Origin: Intoshia linei
Taxonomy: Eukaryota > Animalia > Orthonectida
Length of the DNA: 53,888 bases
Assembly (NCBI GenBank): GCA_001642005.1
Contig: LWCA01000106.1
Location: forward strand, 1-53,888
Direction: 5' to 3'
A model generated the notes under the pieces. It was not told the origin of the DNA. It did not search any database and was given only the letters and a program-made list of their open reading frames with translations. A program made the translations under genes and the position numbers. Shown piece by piece: positions 53,001 through 53,888 of the stretch. Within the stretch, counting starts at the first letter, position 1. Each line of letters begins with the position of its first letter.

Positions 53001-53121
53001 CGTTGCTTTGTTGAGATCACACTGTGTCGAAGTTTCTTTTATTGATGTTAATAAGTTTAGATCATATTGAACTAAATTTCTACATACTTTTATGTTTTCA
53101 TCACATGCGTCCAATTTGCTC
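38050..53121 (-). CDS. Giant Cys-rich type I membrane protein: EGF-like and Cys-rich repeats, SEA, EGF, TM, short tail (5' end probably beyond the window)
   Basis: Phase-2 exons 53121-46090 (7032 bp), 44795-44409 and 42977-~42830. Then ~39095-38968; SEA exons 38929-~38520 giving VTHLRMGSIIVEY; EGF CKNNSTCEIGLNDRPICMCTNGYQGKYC; TM MIILICTAIVFIIIVVIVIIVMFI followed by KNKRRR. Simplest stop is TAA at 38052..38050. The link between 42.8 and 39.1 kb is unresolved. Confidence 0.8.
41111..41877 (-). mobile_element. Non-autonomous Helitron, cleanest copy (767 bp)
   Basis: Minus strand A|TCCTTACTTATATAATATGCTACGC...CTGTTTGTAC GTA GTACATAACAG TGAAC CTAG|T. It has a TC start, subterminal hairpin, CTAG end, A|T target and no TSD. 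Confidence 0.85.
41967..42767. mobile_element. hAT-type MITE (AGAGTTCTGCA family) with a nested Helitron fragment (~42335-42658)
   Basis: TAGAGTTCTGCA...TGCAGAACTCTA. The nested fragment ends TGTTTGTACAAAGTACAGTCAAGCTAG|T. Confidence 0.6.
43679..44262 (+). mobile_element. Internally deleted Tigger/pogo element retaining the N-terminal HTH
   Basis: TA|CAGTGCACCCCT(A/C)TGATAACGAA 23-bp TIRs|TA. The interior encodes KRIRLTYKEKNNFISFVENNQNYKQRDLSEKYQISLGTVNTIKK (CENP-B/psq-type HTH), frameshifted from its ATG. Confidence 0.85.
44877..45189. mobile_element. hAT MITE with perfect 8-bp TSD
   Basis: ATACATAT|TAGAGTTCTGCA...TGCAGAACTCTG|ATACATAT, with repeated internal TCGTGTT motifs. Confidence 0.85.
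45333..45924 (+). mobile_element. Helitron-family copy, 3'-truncated
   Basis: A|TCCTAACTTATATAATATGCTACGC start; internal 46-bp tandem duplication at 45701-45790. Confidence 0.7.
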
Positions 53122-53731
53122 CTAGATAGTATCATTACATTTAAATTAAATATAACACTAGCAAACTAATCAAATAAATAATTTTAATATTTCATCAATA
53201 GGCTTGAAATTTTAATTAAAATTGGATATTTCGAAAAATATATAGTCTATACTGGTTTATATGGATAGCTTTTAAGGTATGATTTGTCAAAGTCAAAAAA
53301 TAATTTTTGCTTGTTTTTGTTTTTTGTTTTACTTAAAAGTTTTTAAGCATTATTGACGAAAATTTGTATAATAATGACGGATATGAATACCCATAAACCA
53401 TATATAAACAAATCCAAAATATTCAATATAAAGGATCCTCAAATAAATCAAAACCTACAATTTATAAAAAAAAATTGCTAAAAATTTAATAATTTCAAAA
53501 TGTCATTATAGCTTTTAGTTACAATATTCATGTTATTTAGTTTATTTTTCGACTTTTCCAAGTTAATTTTTTTTTATTTTACCTCTATTACCTGTTAATA
53601 TTTTCATATTTCTTAAGTCAGATTTTTATGGTCTTTCTTATGATAGAAATCATACTACAAAAGAATTTCTTTGCTAGTGTGATTAATCTTAAGCGTTATA
53701 ATCCAATATGATGTTTATAAAATCGATGGTA

Positions 53732-53888
53732 TTCTAACTTATATAATTATATAATATACGACGCGATTTTTGTTTATGTGTGTATGTATGTCTGACTTTA
53801 ATGAAATAACTAACACTCTTAAAATTTTTTAAAAATCACATTTCAATTACAGTTTTTTCCGGGACGTATAATAAGATAAATTTCAACC
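53732..53888 (+). mobile_element. Helitron-family 5' end (runs off the window)
   Basis: TTCTAACTTATATAAT...ACGCGATTTTTGTTT...CACATTTCAATTACAGTTTTTTCCGGGACGTATA. Confidence 0.7.

Noticed and set aside
48493-53070. Plus-strand ORFs inside the giant exon
   Set aside because: Antisense shadows with no recognisable motifs.
53122-53135. ATG at 53135 as the true start of the giant protein
   Set aside because: No signal peptide follows, and a good phase-2 acceptor lies at 53122/53121. The first residues are probably intronic.

Overview
AT-rich eukaryotic (metazoan) genomic DNA with many very short (35-40 nt) GT-AG introns. The architecture resembles a compact parasite genome such as an orthonectid, but that assignment is inference only. 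Spliced genes reconstructed by eye: anillin (-), RBMX2/Ist3 (+, head-to-head with anillin), a VAP/MSP-domain protein (-, stop codon 8 bp from the RBMX2 stop), a Tbx6/Dorsocross-like T-box gene (-), an intronless ubiquitin-like ORF lacking the di-Gly, a damaged MAM/EGF/CUB gene, and the 3' part of a giant Cys-rich EGF-SEA-EGF-TM surface protein gene with a single 7,032-bp exon. Intergenic DNA and long introns are full of transposon relics: a multi-copy non-autonomous Helitron family (5'-TC...hairpin-CTAG-3'), a TIR-to-TIR degenerate Tc3-like element, Tigger/pogo and hAT MITEs, a Ty3/gypsy pol remnant and a Chapaev-like transposase remnant. The most striking observations are (i) a Helitron copy with both termini in the T-box intron that carries a ~275-nt 18S rRNA fragment, while sister copies carry other foreign inserts in the same subterminal zone, and (ii) the giant mucin-type SEA/EGF receptor whose ectodomain is built of ~800-1050-aa Cys-rich super-repeats rather than a PTS domain. 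No CRISPR array or prokaryotic system is supported. All calls are by-eye; no searches were run.
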